From assembly GCF_009914755.1 (NCBI RefSeq), contig NC_060926.1: a stretch of DNA of 64,000 nucleotides; one strand, written 5' to 3'. A program made the position numbers and the translations under genes. Every line of letters begins with the position of its first letter. Positions within the stretch are counted from its first letter, which is position 1. The notes beneath the pieces are model-generated. The model ran no database searches, had not been told where the DNA came from, and saw only the letters and a program-made list of their open reading frames with translations. Shown one piece after another: positions 1 through 12,899 of this stretch. The DNA is from the human T2T-CHM13v2.0 reference genome, Homo sapiens.

Positions 1-243
1 AATCCTATATGCAAATATGTACCCTTCTGTTTCTATGCACCTGCTTATAGGAACTGTGCATCTCCAAATGTTCACATAGACAGGCCAGAGGAACTATTCA
101 AGGTTACATGGACCTGGCATTTGCACATAATACGGTGCAAGCGTTCTCAACTTTTTTGAACCCTCTCCCTTTACTTCAAATTCTATTTTACACAGATTGG
201 TATTGCTTTGGTTTAAATCGAGTGTGGGTAAGGAGTAAATTAG

Positions 244-615
<372 letters not shown>

Positions 616-1094
616 TAGTGGCAGAGTTTTAAAAACAGTGGTATAGGGCAAATATCTCCTGCTAAGCTAGTCAGCTTCTAAATAGTATTCCCTTTCAGTC
701 TTAATGTCTATCATTGTAAATTAAGAAAACAAGTTGATTATCTTAATTATGTATCATTCTCCAATTTGAACTTCAAAACATCCTATGTGTCAGGTCAGTT
801 ACGTACAGCTGAGTAAACATAGTGGTTTAGGAAATTGATAGTCTTTAAAACAAATTGATTAGAGAACTCAGAACCATCAAGTGAAAAACCAGAGTTGGAA
901 CTCCAACTATTTTACTCCATATCCCATGCTTTTGTTGTCAATATATAGAAAACTACAGTAAGGTAAGTCATCAATAAGTTGGTCTTCATTATAGACAACT
1001 CACACTGGATGAAATTCTCAGTGGTAAAAACCCCTTTAAAATACAAGATATTTCCTAAGACAAAAGTAAAGCAACAGGACATAATAATATGCCC

Positions 1095-1603
1095 ATGCTA
1101 TTGGCTGCTGTAACAAGTGACCCCAAGTTGGGCAGCTTGAAACAACACAAATTTGTTATCTCAGTTCTCAGTGTCAAAAGTCTGAAATGGGTCTCACTAG
1201 ACTAAAACTGAGGTGTTAGCAGGGCAGATTTCTTTCTGGAGGTTCGAGGGATGGATTCATTTACTCGCCTTTTTCAGCTTCTTGAAGCTGCTAGCATTTC
1301 TAGGCTCCTGGTCCCCTACCACCTCCAAAGCCAGTGATGGCCAGTCTAGTCACCTCATACTGCCTCACTCTGAGACAAACTCTTCTGCCTCCCCTTTCCA
1401 CATTTAAGAACCCTTGTGATCACATTCATCCTACTTGGATAACCTAGAATCTAGAATAGTCCTTATCTTAAAGTTGGTTAATTAGCAACCTTAATTCCAT
1501 CTGTGACTTTACCTTCCCTTTGCTACTGAGCATTGCATATTTTCAGGTTCCAGGAGAGAGGATGTGGGCATCTTTAGGGGCCATTTCTTTTCTGCCTACC
1601 ACA
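1095..1603 (-). mobile_element. MaLR solo LTR, MLT1D-like
   Basis: Ends in CTGCCTACCACA (rc of TGTGGTAGGCAG); GCTGCTGTAACAA...AAACAACACAAATTTGTTATCTCAGTTC and TTAGCAACCTTAATTCCATCTG motifs. Confidence 0.85.
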
Positions 1604-3079
1604 GTGCCTGAAGAAAAAAATGAGTGAACAGGAGGAAGGTGCTTGGTCTGCGTGGAGATCAGCAACATGAAGCAAAGGCAGTGGAAGAATCATCAGTGTT
1701 TATCTAACAAAGTCTATAGGTAGAGACACCAGATTAGGGTAATGCAAACTTTACTACACAGCCCTCTAATCACTACACAGGCACATCCTGTGATGACAGA
1801 CATCACCAGGATTTTCCATGGCCTAACATACCCTTTAGCCCAGTTTCCTGTGCTCTGAGTTCATGCAGTAAGTCATCTTAAGGCTCTGAATTCAGGTTCT
1901 TAGAAATCATGATTCCAGGAAAGGCATGTGCCACATCAGACAGTGAAATACATTCAGGAGGAAAAAACATCTACCATCTCTATGTTTTAATATTCTGCTT
2001 TGTGCACACATATCCTACAAAATTGAGGGCCTGATTAATTTGGAGTCTGCTTATAAAGGTGATTTTCTGGAACTTCAGTCCTCAGACCACACTCTGAATT
2101 AAATCCACTGTCCAAGAAATTAGCATGCTGCAAAAGCCAAGTAGCTATTTTATGATGCTCTGTGATATAACTGGTTACTTTTTGTCTGCTATTTTATCTT
2201 AGTAAATTTCTAAGGTTTTTCAAGCAACATTATCCTAACTTAGATGTCGGTGCTTATTTACAATTAATCAGAATAGAATGCAAAATATTACTGAAATAAA
2301 AATATAAATCAAAGAGAAAATAGTTTGATCTGTACATGCTTTATTTATGCTGAGCTTTAGAGACACACAGTGTTAATATGAGGCAAAACACACTTTGTAT
2401 TGACTGTGCAGCTTTTAAATGAGAAAAGTACCTTAGTTGTAATTTTGAAGATTAACTATTTTTGAAGACTAGTGACTCTCTTTTAACGTTGTCAAATTAC
2501 ATTTTTTCACTAAAATGACATAGCCTAAAAGATTATTATAGCAAGAAAAATTTTACACTTGATTTTTTTCCCGCAAATCAAGGGCCCTTTTAAATGTGAT
2601 CTTTACTTAATTGTATTATTTTTGCTATTTTTAGTATTTTTTTTGAAAATTTACCTCCATTATTAAAAGGGAGAAAAAACAAAAAGAGGTACAGGTTTCC
2701 ATTATACCCATTATCAAAGTTATATCATAGCTTCTCTTCTAGCTTAGGTATCTTCACCCTTCTGGCTTGGAATCAGTAGGATCCAGTTCAAGAAGGATGC
2801 ATGAAGCTTGTGAAGTAGTGTATTTTGTGGATTTTTTGTTTACGTGTTTTTAGAATTTTATTTTCATTTCTCTCCAAGTAATACGTAGATTCTTCTCCTT
2901 GCACCCAGGTGCCTGTTACAACCTGGTGACCATTCAAATACTTATAAAGTCAATATCCCATGTCTTTGGTGCTCCTTCCCTGGATTCCAGATCAAAGCAA
3001 ACTGTCCTTTATGCTTACAAATTCATTCAATACACAAAAGGATTGTAAGAGCATAGTGGATATCTCTTCTCATATAGTA

Positions 3080-3220
3080 TAGTTACTTTATCAGCATCAG
3101 TATCAAATGGGAGTTTGTTACAAATGCACCATCTTGAGTCTCACTCTAGAACTCTGAATAAAAATCTGCATTTTAACAAGAACCTCAGAGTGATTTTTGA
3201 GCTCACTAATGTTTCAGAAG
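3080..3220. mobile_element. MER5A/B hAT-Charlie MITE remnant
   Basis: CAGCATCAGTATCA...GGAGTTTGTTACAAATGCA...AATCTGCATTTTAACAAG motifs. Confidence 0.7.
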
Positions 3221-3259
3221 GAATAGAGATAAAGCCTTGGTCCTGAGATTTGTTTTCAA

Positions 3260-4800
3260 TATTTTATCCAAATTTTCTAATTTTTGACACTAAGTGGTTT
3301 ATACTCCTTATCACCATTTTAATATAAGAAAGCTTTCTAATTATACCCATTTCTTTAATTCTAGATATTGTCATTTTGTATTTTCTTGCTAGTTTTTTTT
3401 CTCTTTCTCTTTAACTTTGATCAGTTTCTCTAGAAGTTTATCAATCTTTTTCAGGAACCAATATTCCATTTAAAAAAATGTTTCTTCATTATTGGCCTTA
3501 GCATTAATTTTGTTCGTTATTTTTCTTCATCATTGACCTATAGATTGATTTTGTTCTTTTTTATGTGTATTTTAGTTTTCATTGACATATACTAATTGGG
3601 CATGTTATGGGGTACAGTATGATGAGATCTTATTGTTTATTATTATTTTTCTACCTGCTTAAAAAAATTCACACATTTCTACCTTCTTATGGTGGATATT
3701 TAGATCACTGCTTTTCTACCCAGGCATTTTCCTTTCTACTACAGGCACTTAAATCTAAAAATTTTACTCTAAACACCATTTTAGCAGAACACTAAAAAGA
3801 TCTTCTAATTTTTCTTTAGATTTCTTCATTGAGCCATGGATTATTACAGATACTCAGAGTATATGTCTTTTCTACTGATTTCTAAATCAATGTTGTTGTG
3901 CTCAGAGAATATACTCTGTATTATTTTGATTCTTTGATCTTATGTTTTATGACAAAGCATTTTGTCTATTTTGGTGAATGTTTAATGCACACTCGAAAAT
4001 AATATATATTCTTCAACTGTTAGATGTAGTGTTCTATCAATGTCAATTAAGATTTATAGCTGTTCAAAAATATCATGTCTGCATTGATTTTTATGAGTCC
4101 TATCCATTTTTGAGAGGGTAGTGTTAATATTTCCAGTTGTTTGGGCATTTTAATTTTTCTTTTACGTTTATTAATTTTGCTTTTGTATTTTGAAAGTCTA
4201 TTATTGTGAGCACACAGATTTTTGACAATATTTTTGGTCATGAAGTACACTAGACTTTGATGTTAATATACTTACTTCTACTTTCTTATGCTTAGGGTTC
4301 TCAAAGTGAAGTTTCCTCAAGCTCTTATTTTAACGCAGTCTTTGTCTTTTTTATTTAATATTCCTTTTAGATGGCATATAGGCAGACCTTGTTTTTTTAA
4401 TTCAGTCTTATAATCAAAGTCTTTTAATTGGAGTGTTTCTTTTCTTTCCATTTATTCTAAGTATTGATATTTGTTCCAAATACTAATATATATTTTGTTC
4501 TGCAGATCTTTATCTGCCCTTTTTTGATGAGTAATATGTTTTTCTAGTATTTTATTTGTATTTCCTTTACAAATTCTTGAGATACCCTTTTTATAACATT
4601 TCTCTCTTTGACTTCCCTAGAGATTACTGTATGCATATTTTGCTTATCTACAGTGAAACAATGTGTAAAATTTGCAACAGCGTAATCCCATTTAACATTT
4701 TCCTGTCCTTTGTGCTCTTCTTACGTCTTCTAAATATGTTTTTAATGCTACAATACAATATTGTTCCTTTTTTGCTTTAAATGATAACCCTTTAGAGAAA
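3260..4800 (-). mobile_element. Ancient L1M ORF2-region fragments
   Basis: T-rich; GTGCTCAGAGAATATACTCTGTATTATTTTG, TCTATTTTGGTGAATGTT, GTAGTGTTCTATCAATGTCAATTAAG resemble antisense L1 endonuclease region. Confidence 0.7.
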
Positions 4801-4989
4801 TTTTAAATTTTAAACATTTCATAGTGTGTTTGTGTACATGTGTGTAATCTTCCCTTCCGCCTAGTATTCTTTCAGAAAATTTAGGTCCATTAAAAATTAA
4901 GGGCTTTTAAAAACACATTTATATACTATCCACAGTGTTCCATGCCTTGATACTTTTAATTTTATATGTGCCAGAAACTTTGCATATAT

Positions 4990-5130
4990 TGCACTAGCCT
5001 GTTGTCACACTGCAAATAAAGACATACTCAAGACTGGGTAATTTATATAGGAAAGAGGTTTAATGGACTCACAGTTCAGCATGGCTGGGTAGGCATCATA
5101 ATCATGGCAGAAGGCAAAGGAGTTGCATAA
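4990..5130 (-). mobile_element. THE1 (MaLR) LTR 3' fragment
   Basis: CACACTGCAAATAAAGACATACTCAAGACTGGGTAATTTATATAGGAAAGAGGTTTAATGGACTCACAGTTC...ATCATGGCAGAAGGCAAAGG; truncated after ~140 bp. Confidence 0.85.
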
Positions 5131-5364
5131 GCTCTGCATCAGTTTTAAATTCAAGAGAGACTTGTAATTCAAAGTTAAGAAAATATGTTATATTTTGATT
5201 AACCTATAGAAGAGGGAAATCTCTTCGTGAAACATGATTGGGAATTACAGCACATTGTTAAAAAACAGTTAAGAATACGAAGATAAAGTGTACCCTAGAT
5301 ATTTACTTTGCTCAGTATATATCCTCTCTTAAATGGGTTTTTAAATTTTTTTAAAAAATGTATC

Positions 5365-5504
5365 TATTTATTTATTTTGCCCAATCTGGAGTGCAGTGTC
5401 AAGATCATACCTCACTGCAACCTTGAGCTCCTTGGCTCAATTGATCCACCTGCCTTGGCTTCCCAAAGTACTGGGATTACAGGCATGAGCCACCATGCCT
5501 GACC
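5365..5504 (-). mobile_element. Alu monomer (AluJ-like left-arm/right-arm hybrid, or FRAM)
   Basis: rc reads GGTCAGGCATGGTGGCTCATGCCTGTAATCCCAGTACTTTGGG...GGTTGCAGTGAGGTATGATC..CACTGCACTCCAG. Confidence 0.85.
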
Positions 5505-7149
5505 TGGTGTTCTTTACATTGATAAGCCTTGATATTTTAATAAAGATTACTATTCTGATAAAAAAGTGTAATTAAATGGAACTATAAGAATTTCTCTACC
5601 TAACAATTAAATTTAGTTATTTGGATCATGAAGCGTAATATACATAGAAATTTTAACTAAATGATTAATTTTAAAAAATGCATGGCTGTTGATGGGTCAT
5701 AAAGTTTGAATTTTACCCCACTGTAGAGTGGGAAGAACATTCTAAAGATAGGCCTCCACAACATGTGGCATATGATATCTAGCAAACACCCTCCTAGCAT
5801 GATGTCTGTAGCATGCAAAAAGACCAATAATTATTTTGTTAAGTAAACAAATGGATACTTAATACTACCACTACAGTTATACAGTCATCTGCCAGAGATG
5901 TTATTGAAAAGATTCCTAAGGGAGTAGAAAATTGGGGATGACCTTTAAAGTGCATTGAACCTCTAAAAGTATTTGATTCTATACCTTCAATATATTGGCA
6001 CTTGTATGTCACAATACCTTGCTGATTTTCACTTGTGTAGGAAAATGATGCAGTTTCAACAGAATAACATTCTGACCCAGTTATTCTCTCATTCTGAAGA
6101 ATTCTTATTTTATTATTAGTAGTACTAGTATAGGTAGGTGTGTGTGGAGACATACAGCTTTGAAAACTGAATTGATGACACTTGACAGAAAGTGAAGTCT
6201 ACTTCATTGCAAAAATACAATTAAAATAAGCGTTACTAAATTAGAGCACAATCCCAAACAAGTCTCAGACAATGAAATTTTAGTTGCGGAAAATGACACA
6301 TATTATTATTTTGTGTAACCAGACCCCTTCTTCCTGACTATTAAAGTTGTGTGAGTTGGAGTCACGTATTGCCTGTTGCCTCAAAACTATTTTTATTAGC
6401 TTTCTATCACCCCATTAAATGAGAGTCCAGTTAAATTTGATATCGCTCTAATAATTTTTTTATCATGCTGGCAACTTGATTTATTACTTTATCCTTTGTT
6501 ATTACATTTTCCATACTTTATTGTAAAAATAATAAAACAATATTCTGGACAAGTGTTATTAAATTTTAAATGACATCTTTGCTTTCACAGAAATGATTTA
6601 AATGGCAACATTTATTTTTCGATTGCTTATGAAAAAGCATTTTTTCCTTTTGTTCATAACTAAAGGAGAATTTGTGGATCATAAACAAGTTTTTCTTATT
6701 ATTTCCTCTTTCCTATTACCTACCTTCTCTCTTCTCATCTGATTGTTCTACTTCCTCCCTCAAGGCACTTTCAGTCCACTAAGTTCTAAGGCAATATTTT
6801 CTACTTATGATAAATTTAATGCTGCTTTGCCCTCAAGCACTTGACACAGATAATTTGCTTTATATCATAAGGTTTGAATAAGAGAGTTTATATATTCAGT
6901 ATTTATTGAGTATCCACCATATGAAAGGTAATGGTTGATGATTAAACAAGGAGAGTAGAAAATAGATTAAAGCAATGGTTGGCATATAAGGGAAAACATC
7001 TGCTATGCTTCTTTCTATTAACAGCTACATGGGATATCAAAATAAGAATTGAAAGTCAGTGTTTGAAAGTTTGGTTATCTCTTAGTGCTGGTTTTACAAG
7101 AATATCCACTTTAGCTATATATAATGTCATATATATATATATATGGATA

Positions 7150-7430
7150 GAGGCAGCTCACTGAGCCTCTGCAAGGACTCAAGACTTTTTAAGACTAGAG
7201 ATTCCAGTTCCTAGATTAGACTGCAGGCTACTCCAGTGGAGACCTTCCAGCAGCCACCTCCAAGCTCAAACCCTGGGACTCCCAAAGCCAGCTCCAGCCA
7301 TAGGATGCTCTGACAGCCAGACCTCTCTTCATCATAACTTGTATCTTCCCAGATAAATTCTACCCAGCATCCTTTTTCTCACATCACTGTCACCTGAATC
7401 AGACTCTTATGTGCATTTGTCTAATTGAAA
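7150..7430 (-). mobile_element. Probable ancient MaLR LTR fragment (MLT1K/L-like)
   Basis: Locally GC-richer, loosely resembles old MLT1 LTRs; weak match. Confidence 0.35.
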
Positions 7431-7548
7431 GAGCCTTGGACCTTTTTCTAAAATCTGTTTTGAAGGACATTATGAAAAGAAGGGCTTCTAGCTTGTGTAG
7501 GCAGGACGTCTAATGTACCAAATTCCTCTAATGCAACATTAGTGTTCA

Positions 7549-7776
<228 letters not shown>

Positions 7777-8870
7777 TTAATATCAATATTGTGACTAAAT
7801 AATATCACAAACCTGTCACCTAGCAATCACATAAAAAGCAATTAGTGATAAGAGAGAATTTTTAATCAAGGAAGAAAATAATACCATGTAAGAAAAAAAT
7901 AACTTCAGGAAAGGAAGTGGGAGCCAAGATAAAGTAGTGCCAGTAGAGAATACTTTGTCAAAACTATTTTTTTTCTGCAACAGAAATATCAAGCATATTG
8001 TTTGGTCATAATGCCTTAACCTCTTCTTAGTGAAATGCATTCAACTAAAACTTTAGGTTATATATCATAAAACTTGACTTCACTTCTGTAATGGAATTCT
8101 GTGGGAAGAAATCATTAACCTGATTGGCATTTGCTTTATAGTTCATGATTTCGGGAATTTGAGGTGTGTCTGAAAACGCAAGCCATTTTCAACACATATC
8201 CAAGTGTGCCACACAGCTCTTTACTACCTGTCAACAGTTTTACATAAAGGAAGCAAGGCTAAGGGTTCTTTTAATTGCTGCTGCAAAGTGACTAGGCACT
8301 GAATATATTCTATTCAGCAGCAGAAACTAAAAACCTTGTCAAAATCATGCTGTTTTGGAGACAGGCTGAATGACTTCCACAGCATCAACAAAAGCCACAG
8401 CATGAGGGCAGCGGATCTACTGTGCTTAAGAAAGCCCAATCCACCTGACCTGGGAGATGCCATAAAGACCCATCATCCCCTGGTAATCACTGGATATATT
8501 GGCATGGCATGCTGCTCCCCTCCAGAACACTTATCAAAGGGGGTCCAAGTAGGCACTCTGCTGGCGTAGTTTCTAAATACTGCAGGAAGCAGAGTACAAA
8601 ATAAAAAACAAACAAAAAACAGTGCTATAGCATGGATAGAAGCAAGGAAACAAAGGAAAAGGCACATTTGAGAAATCTGTGATTTTCAACCACCATCATT
8701 ACAACTAGGGTTTGACTTTGCTATTAATTAATGTTTGCTCGTAAGCTTTTATCTTTTCTTCTACTGCCGACATTCTATTATTCTCTTTTTGATGGTTGAT
8801 ATTTGTCATGAAAAGTTCTCAGAAAGCAATATGAAGGATTTTGTCCTAATTGTTATTTTTTTTAAACCAG

Positions 8871-8939
8871 GATTTCACCAGTCTTATTATCAATATAGAT
8901 GTCAGCAAACCAGGTCAGAATCAGCATGGACTTAGCTTG
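8871..8939 (+). other. Candidate spliced exon (69 nt)
   Basis: Branch-like CCTAAT (8845), T-tract, CAG|G acceptor, TTG|GTAAGA donor; unique sequence. Confidence 0.35.
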
Positions 8940-9039
8940 GTAAGATCTTTGTTCTTATTCTATTTAGACATCTAAAGCCAGGAGAAGGGTTTGAAAGCTG
9001 GCTCTGTTGCCTTTTTATTCTATTTTTAGTGTATGCTTT

Positions 9040-9200
9040 GTATTTCTGAGCTTCAGTTTCCCAACTACTTAATGGAAACAAACAAAATAAAATAAGTAGT
9101 TAGTGTTCAAGGCTGTTGTCAGTATTAAATAGGGAAATAGTTCTGAAGGCACCACCGGTAATGCTTGAAACAGTGTAATGAGTCAGCACACATCAGCTAG
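9040..9200 (+). mobile_element. MIR fragment
   Basis: TTCTGAGCTTCAGTTTCCC core and GGCTGTTGTCAGTATTAAATAGGGAAATA. Confidence 0.6.
9178..9188 (+). promoter_or_regulatory. AP-1/NFE2-MAF (ARE-type) motif ATGAGTCAGCA
   Basis: Exact RTGASTCAGCA match; motif only, no evidence of binding. Confidence 0.25.
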
Positions 9201-9871
9201 ATCTAGGTGCATTTCATTATGGAATCTGCATAAATAGCAGACATAATATGTATTGAAATTAGAAAACTCCATCAAACTGTACTTCTCACATAAGCCAAAA
9301 GTATATTTTAAATTTTCTATTCCCATGTTGCATTTTCTGTTTGAAAATCAATTTTCTATTTGAAACTGAGTGGCCATTATCTTTTTACTACATTCTCTGG
9401 GCCTTCATCATAATATGCATAGTAGAGTTGAATTTAAATGAATTCTGATTTCAATCACATTCAAAAGGACTTTCATGAAGGAATCATTTTGAATATGTAT
9501 GATAAAAACATTCTAAGAAGAACATATATCCCTTTTTTAGGTGAGAATTCTCATTATGCTTTAAATTATTTTTAAAATATATATGATACACAGTTATATA
9601 ATGTGTTTTGCTATTCTTGAGATGGTAATATAATGAAGATCTGTATAAAATTTTATTCATCATATGGCAAAACAATTTCATTGGAGAAGGAAGGAATAAT
9701 GATTTCTGAGAGGTTTTAGTTTGACTTCTGACAGTTCTAAAGCTCCCGGTAATAACAAACGATTGCTAGTTTAAATATTGAATTAATGCTTAAGGATAAT
9801 GTTTGCCAAATGAAAACTTAAGTGACTGAAATGAATTGAGTTTCTTCTGACTAATTTTTGTCCATTGTCAG

Positions 9872-9943
9872 TTAAGATGTGAATCTGTAGACCTGAATGC
9901 CTGTTGAGATAAAATGATCATGGGCACTCACACCAAGACAGAG
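9872..9943 (+). other. Candidate spliced exon (72 nt, stop codons in all three frames)
   Basis: Near-consensus branch point CTGACTAAT, TTTTTGTCCATTGTCAG acceptor, GAG|GTAAGC donor. Confidence 0.4.
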
Positions 9944-10086
9944 GTAAGCTGGGTGCCACGGGCTGCGATCTATTATGTAATTACATTTTTTAACATAAAA
10001 TATTCATGTTACTTCAATTAAATATTATATTTGTCATTTTCATTTTCCTGCACTATTTTTGCCTTCTGTTTCCATTTTCATTTTAG

Positions 10087-10225
10087 GTTTGACATGAAAA
10101 TGAAATAGCTACTGATTTATGCAGTAAGAGTGGCATCATTTTAGCAGTAGGAGAAACAAGGTCTATGGTGTTTGATATGAAATTTACAAATAGACGGCAA
10201 AGCTGGAATATTGATTTTTCAAAAG
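10087..10225 (+). other. Candidate spliced exon (139 nt)
   Basis: Long pyrimidine tract TTTTTGCCTTCTGTTTCCATTTTCATTTTAG|G and AAG|GTAAAT donor. Confidence 0.3.
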
Positions 10226-10337
10226 GTAAATAAAAAATGGAATCAGGAACTCTGAGCAAGATGATAAGAGCTGGGCTTTAAAAAATATTTGAATCAAAAA
10301 AGGTTGAAGCTGAAGAAAGCTTGTAGTACATCTAGTC

Positions 10338-10560
10338 CAGCGGTCAGCTAACCTTTTTTGTTAAGGGCTAGATAATAAAAATAATGGCCTTGTAGGCCAT
10401 ATGGTCTCTGTCACAACTCCTCAACTCTGCCATTGTAGAGGAAAAACAGCCATAAACAATATATCAATGAATAAATGTGGCTGCGTTCTAATAAAAGTGT
10501 GTTTACAAAAACAAGTGGTAGACCAGATTTGGCCTGTGAGCTACAGTTTGTGGACTCTTG
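10338..10560 (+). mobile_element. MER58A hAT-Charlie element inserted in a MIR
   Basis: CAGCGGTCAGCTAAC...GGCCATATGGTCTCTGTCACAACT..CAACTCTGCCATTGTAG...AGTTTGTGGACTCTTG; 8-bp TSD ATCTAGTC/GTCTAATC; MIR-like flanks (ATTTTAGAAGAGGAAAATCAGG). Confidence 0.9.
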
Positions 10561-10707
10561 GTCTAATCTGCTCTATTTTAGAAGAGGAAAATCAGGTTCA
10601 CAGGAATTACGTGACTTATTTAACTAAAATCCCTAAAAACAGTATCAGAGCTCAAGTTGCAGCCAACCTTCCATGTATAATCACCTATTTTTTTTCTCTT
10701 ATATCAT

Positions 10708-11255
10708 TGTTACATAAATGAGCCAAAAATTGTCTCTGTGTATTGGCCCCCTATGTTGTTTATTCCTTCATTGCAGGCTTAGAGCTGTTAGCTTAAAAGC
10801 CTACTGGCATGAGATTCATATCTTTGCACATTTAGCGTTTTAAAAATAAATAGGCAAATGTTTTGCCTTACAGAGACTGCTTTGCATAGCCCAGGAACCT
10901 TACCCAACAATTGTTACCTGTTGATAAAATAGGTCTTTTCAGTGGAAAGGCCCCAGATCACTGCTACCTTTCAGAGTCCTCTGACCCATAGACTTCCTGC
11001 TTCCTTAAATATCACGAGGACATTTAAGCCCGTCCTCAGGTTCCTCTCTCCTATAGGAGTTATCTTACCTCTCTGAGCCACCTCCATTTCTGAGTAGCAG
11101 ACCCCTACACCTCAGCCTCTGGAAACATTCCTTCTGAAAGCAGCTCCCCCTACTTGTCAACCTGCCAGGCATTGCCCAATAGAGCTTGGTGTGCTACAGC
11201 CTGTCATTGTCATATTTTCACCTTGGCCAGCCCCCAAGTCCATCAAACCCCTATA
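10708..11255 (+). mobile_element. ERVL-class solo LTR (MER54/MER73/MER74/LTR53 group; subfamily uncertain)
   Basis: ~550-bp block starting TG; GGCCCCCTATGTTGTTTATT...TTAGCTTAAAAGCC...CTGCTTTGCATA; degenerate polyA signal CCCAATAGAGCTT. Confidence 0.6.
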
Positions 11256-11404
11256 ATCTTGATTCATAAAAAGCAAACAAAACAAGAAAACAAAAACATT
11301 TAAATTATCTTTAGATTTTTTTTAAATTTCCCCAATAGACATTTTTTTAACTAAGGGAGATTACTTCTATATTTTGCTATAAATTAAAAATAAAAACTAG
11401 CTGA

Positions 11405-11817
11405 GTAGATTAGGATTAGCGTTCAGAAAATTTTCATTCTTCATGACCACCATTACATAGGATGACTATATTTCCTATCACATTTACTTAGAGCTTAGTC
11501 ATGTGGCTTGCTCTGGTCAATAGAATGTTAGTACAGGTAACATGAACAGAGGCTTGAAACATGCTTGCACAATTTAGCCAGGTATTTTGACTCCTGCCTT
11601 TCACCATGAAAGGAACATGCCTTGGGCAGTCACTGGGTAAGAAGTCTGAGACTAATAGATAGAACTGGACCTAAAGCAAACAAAGCACCGCCGAGATCAC
11701 CTGAATCAAAGCTAACCCACCAATGGTTGGATAGTAAATGGATGTTTATGGTTGAATGCCTCAAACTTTTGTGGTTATATATTATGAAACATTATTATAT
11801 CAATAGCTAACTGCATA
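11405..11817 (+). mobile_element. MLT1H/I-like MaLR 5' LTR
   Basis: TCATGTGGCTTGCTCTGGTCAATAGAATG, CACCATGAAAGGAACATGCC, terminal CAATAGCTAACTGCATA. Confidence 0.8.
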
Positions 11818-12895
11818 AAAATTGCTACCAAGAAGTATAGTGCTGCTATAACAAAAATCTAAAACATATGGTATTGACTTGAGACCGTAGAGAGGTGAAG
11901 AAACATAGAAGGTTGAAAAATAGTGACTCATGTTACATGGTGGTGAAATATTTGGTAAAAGTGCTACCTAAAATAATCTGAAAACAGGAAATGTACCCAA
12001 TACTTTCATAAAGTCAGATGATGAGGCTTTGAAAGTATGTTGATAGTGTGAGGTTTGAGAGGCTACAGCTTGTTGCATTTGTTAAAGTGATCCAAAAAAG
12101 TGATGAAGCTCAGAATAATATTGACTGACAAGATAATTTAGAAGGAAAATAAAGAGCTTATAAATTTTAGTGTCAGAATATGAAAGTGTTTTTCACAAAA
12201 TCAAAGGCATGTCATTTAAACATAGCTACAGGGAAAAGATGAAACCCAGGATACAAACAGTAAGAAATGGGCTCAAGGTAAAGACCAAATCAAGAGCGTG
12301 GCTGCAACTCCATCTGTTAACACTCTTGGAAATATTTAGTTAGTGTCTAGTAGACCTTTCTCCTAGACGTAAATGCGCTCAGAAAGATTAAATACCTGTT
12401 ACTCAGAAACTTGCACCCAAATCACCTGAAATTAAGTATATAGAGAGTTTTATCTAAAAAAGATTTATGGAGGTGGCTTTTGCCAAAGAAATTGATCAAT
12501 ATTTGAAAAAGAGATGTACTAGCAAAAGCACTGCCAACCAGGTCTAAAAAACCAAAATGTTTGAGATTCAAAAATATATCTGTTTTTCAATGTTGTAAAG
12601 GAAGGGAACAGATTGGAAACTTTTTTTTTGGCTGCCAAAAAGGTCATACTTTTCCATTTTAACTCTGCAGATGTGGCCAAGGAGGATAATGGAAAAGGAA
12701 GTACATCCCAAAAGTGGGGTCAAAAGCTAGAGAGAGCAATGGACTTGGGTACCATCCTCAGGTAGCAAAACTAGAGCTAGTTAAGGCTTATCCCTGGGGC
12801 AGGAGGACCTGGCAGCATCTTCACAGCGGAATTTCAGAATTCATATGGTCATCTGGCTCCTATGTGTGTCCCACTTTTCATCATTTTTTAAATTA
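11818..12895 (+). mobile_element. MLT1 internal region contiguous with the LTR
   Basis: AAATTGCTACCAAGAAGTATAGTGCTGCTATAACAAAAATCTAAAACATATGG directly after the LTR matches the MaLR-int start; GCAGATGTGGCCAAGGAGGATAATGGAAAAGG further on. Confidence 0.75.
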
Positions 12896-12899
12896 AGCA

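Noticed and set aside
9-16. Octamer ATGCAAAT (also near 20681 and 52548)
   Set aside because: A few copies are expected by chance in 64 kb of AT-rich DNA; no snRNA or Ig-promoter context
196-227. 32-nt exon-like unit (ACAG|...TGG|GTAAGG)
   Set aside because: Short with only moderate sites; indistinguishable from background pseudo-exons
5839-6153. 104-aa minus-strand ORF with a hydrophobic C-terminus
   Set aside because: No recognisable homology and no pseudogene hallmarks (poly-A, TSD)
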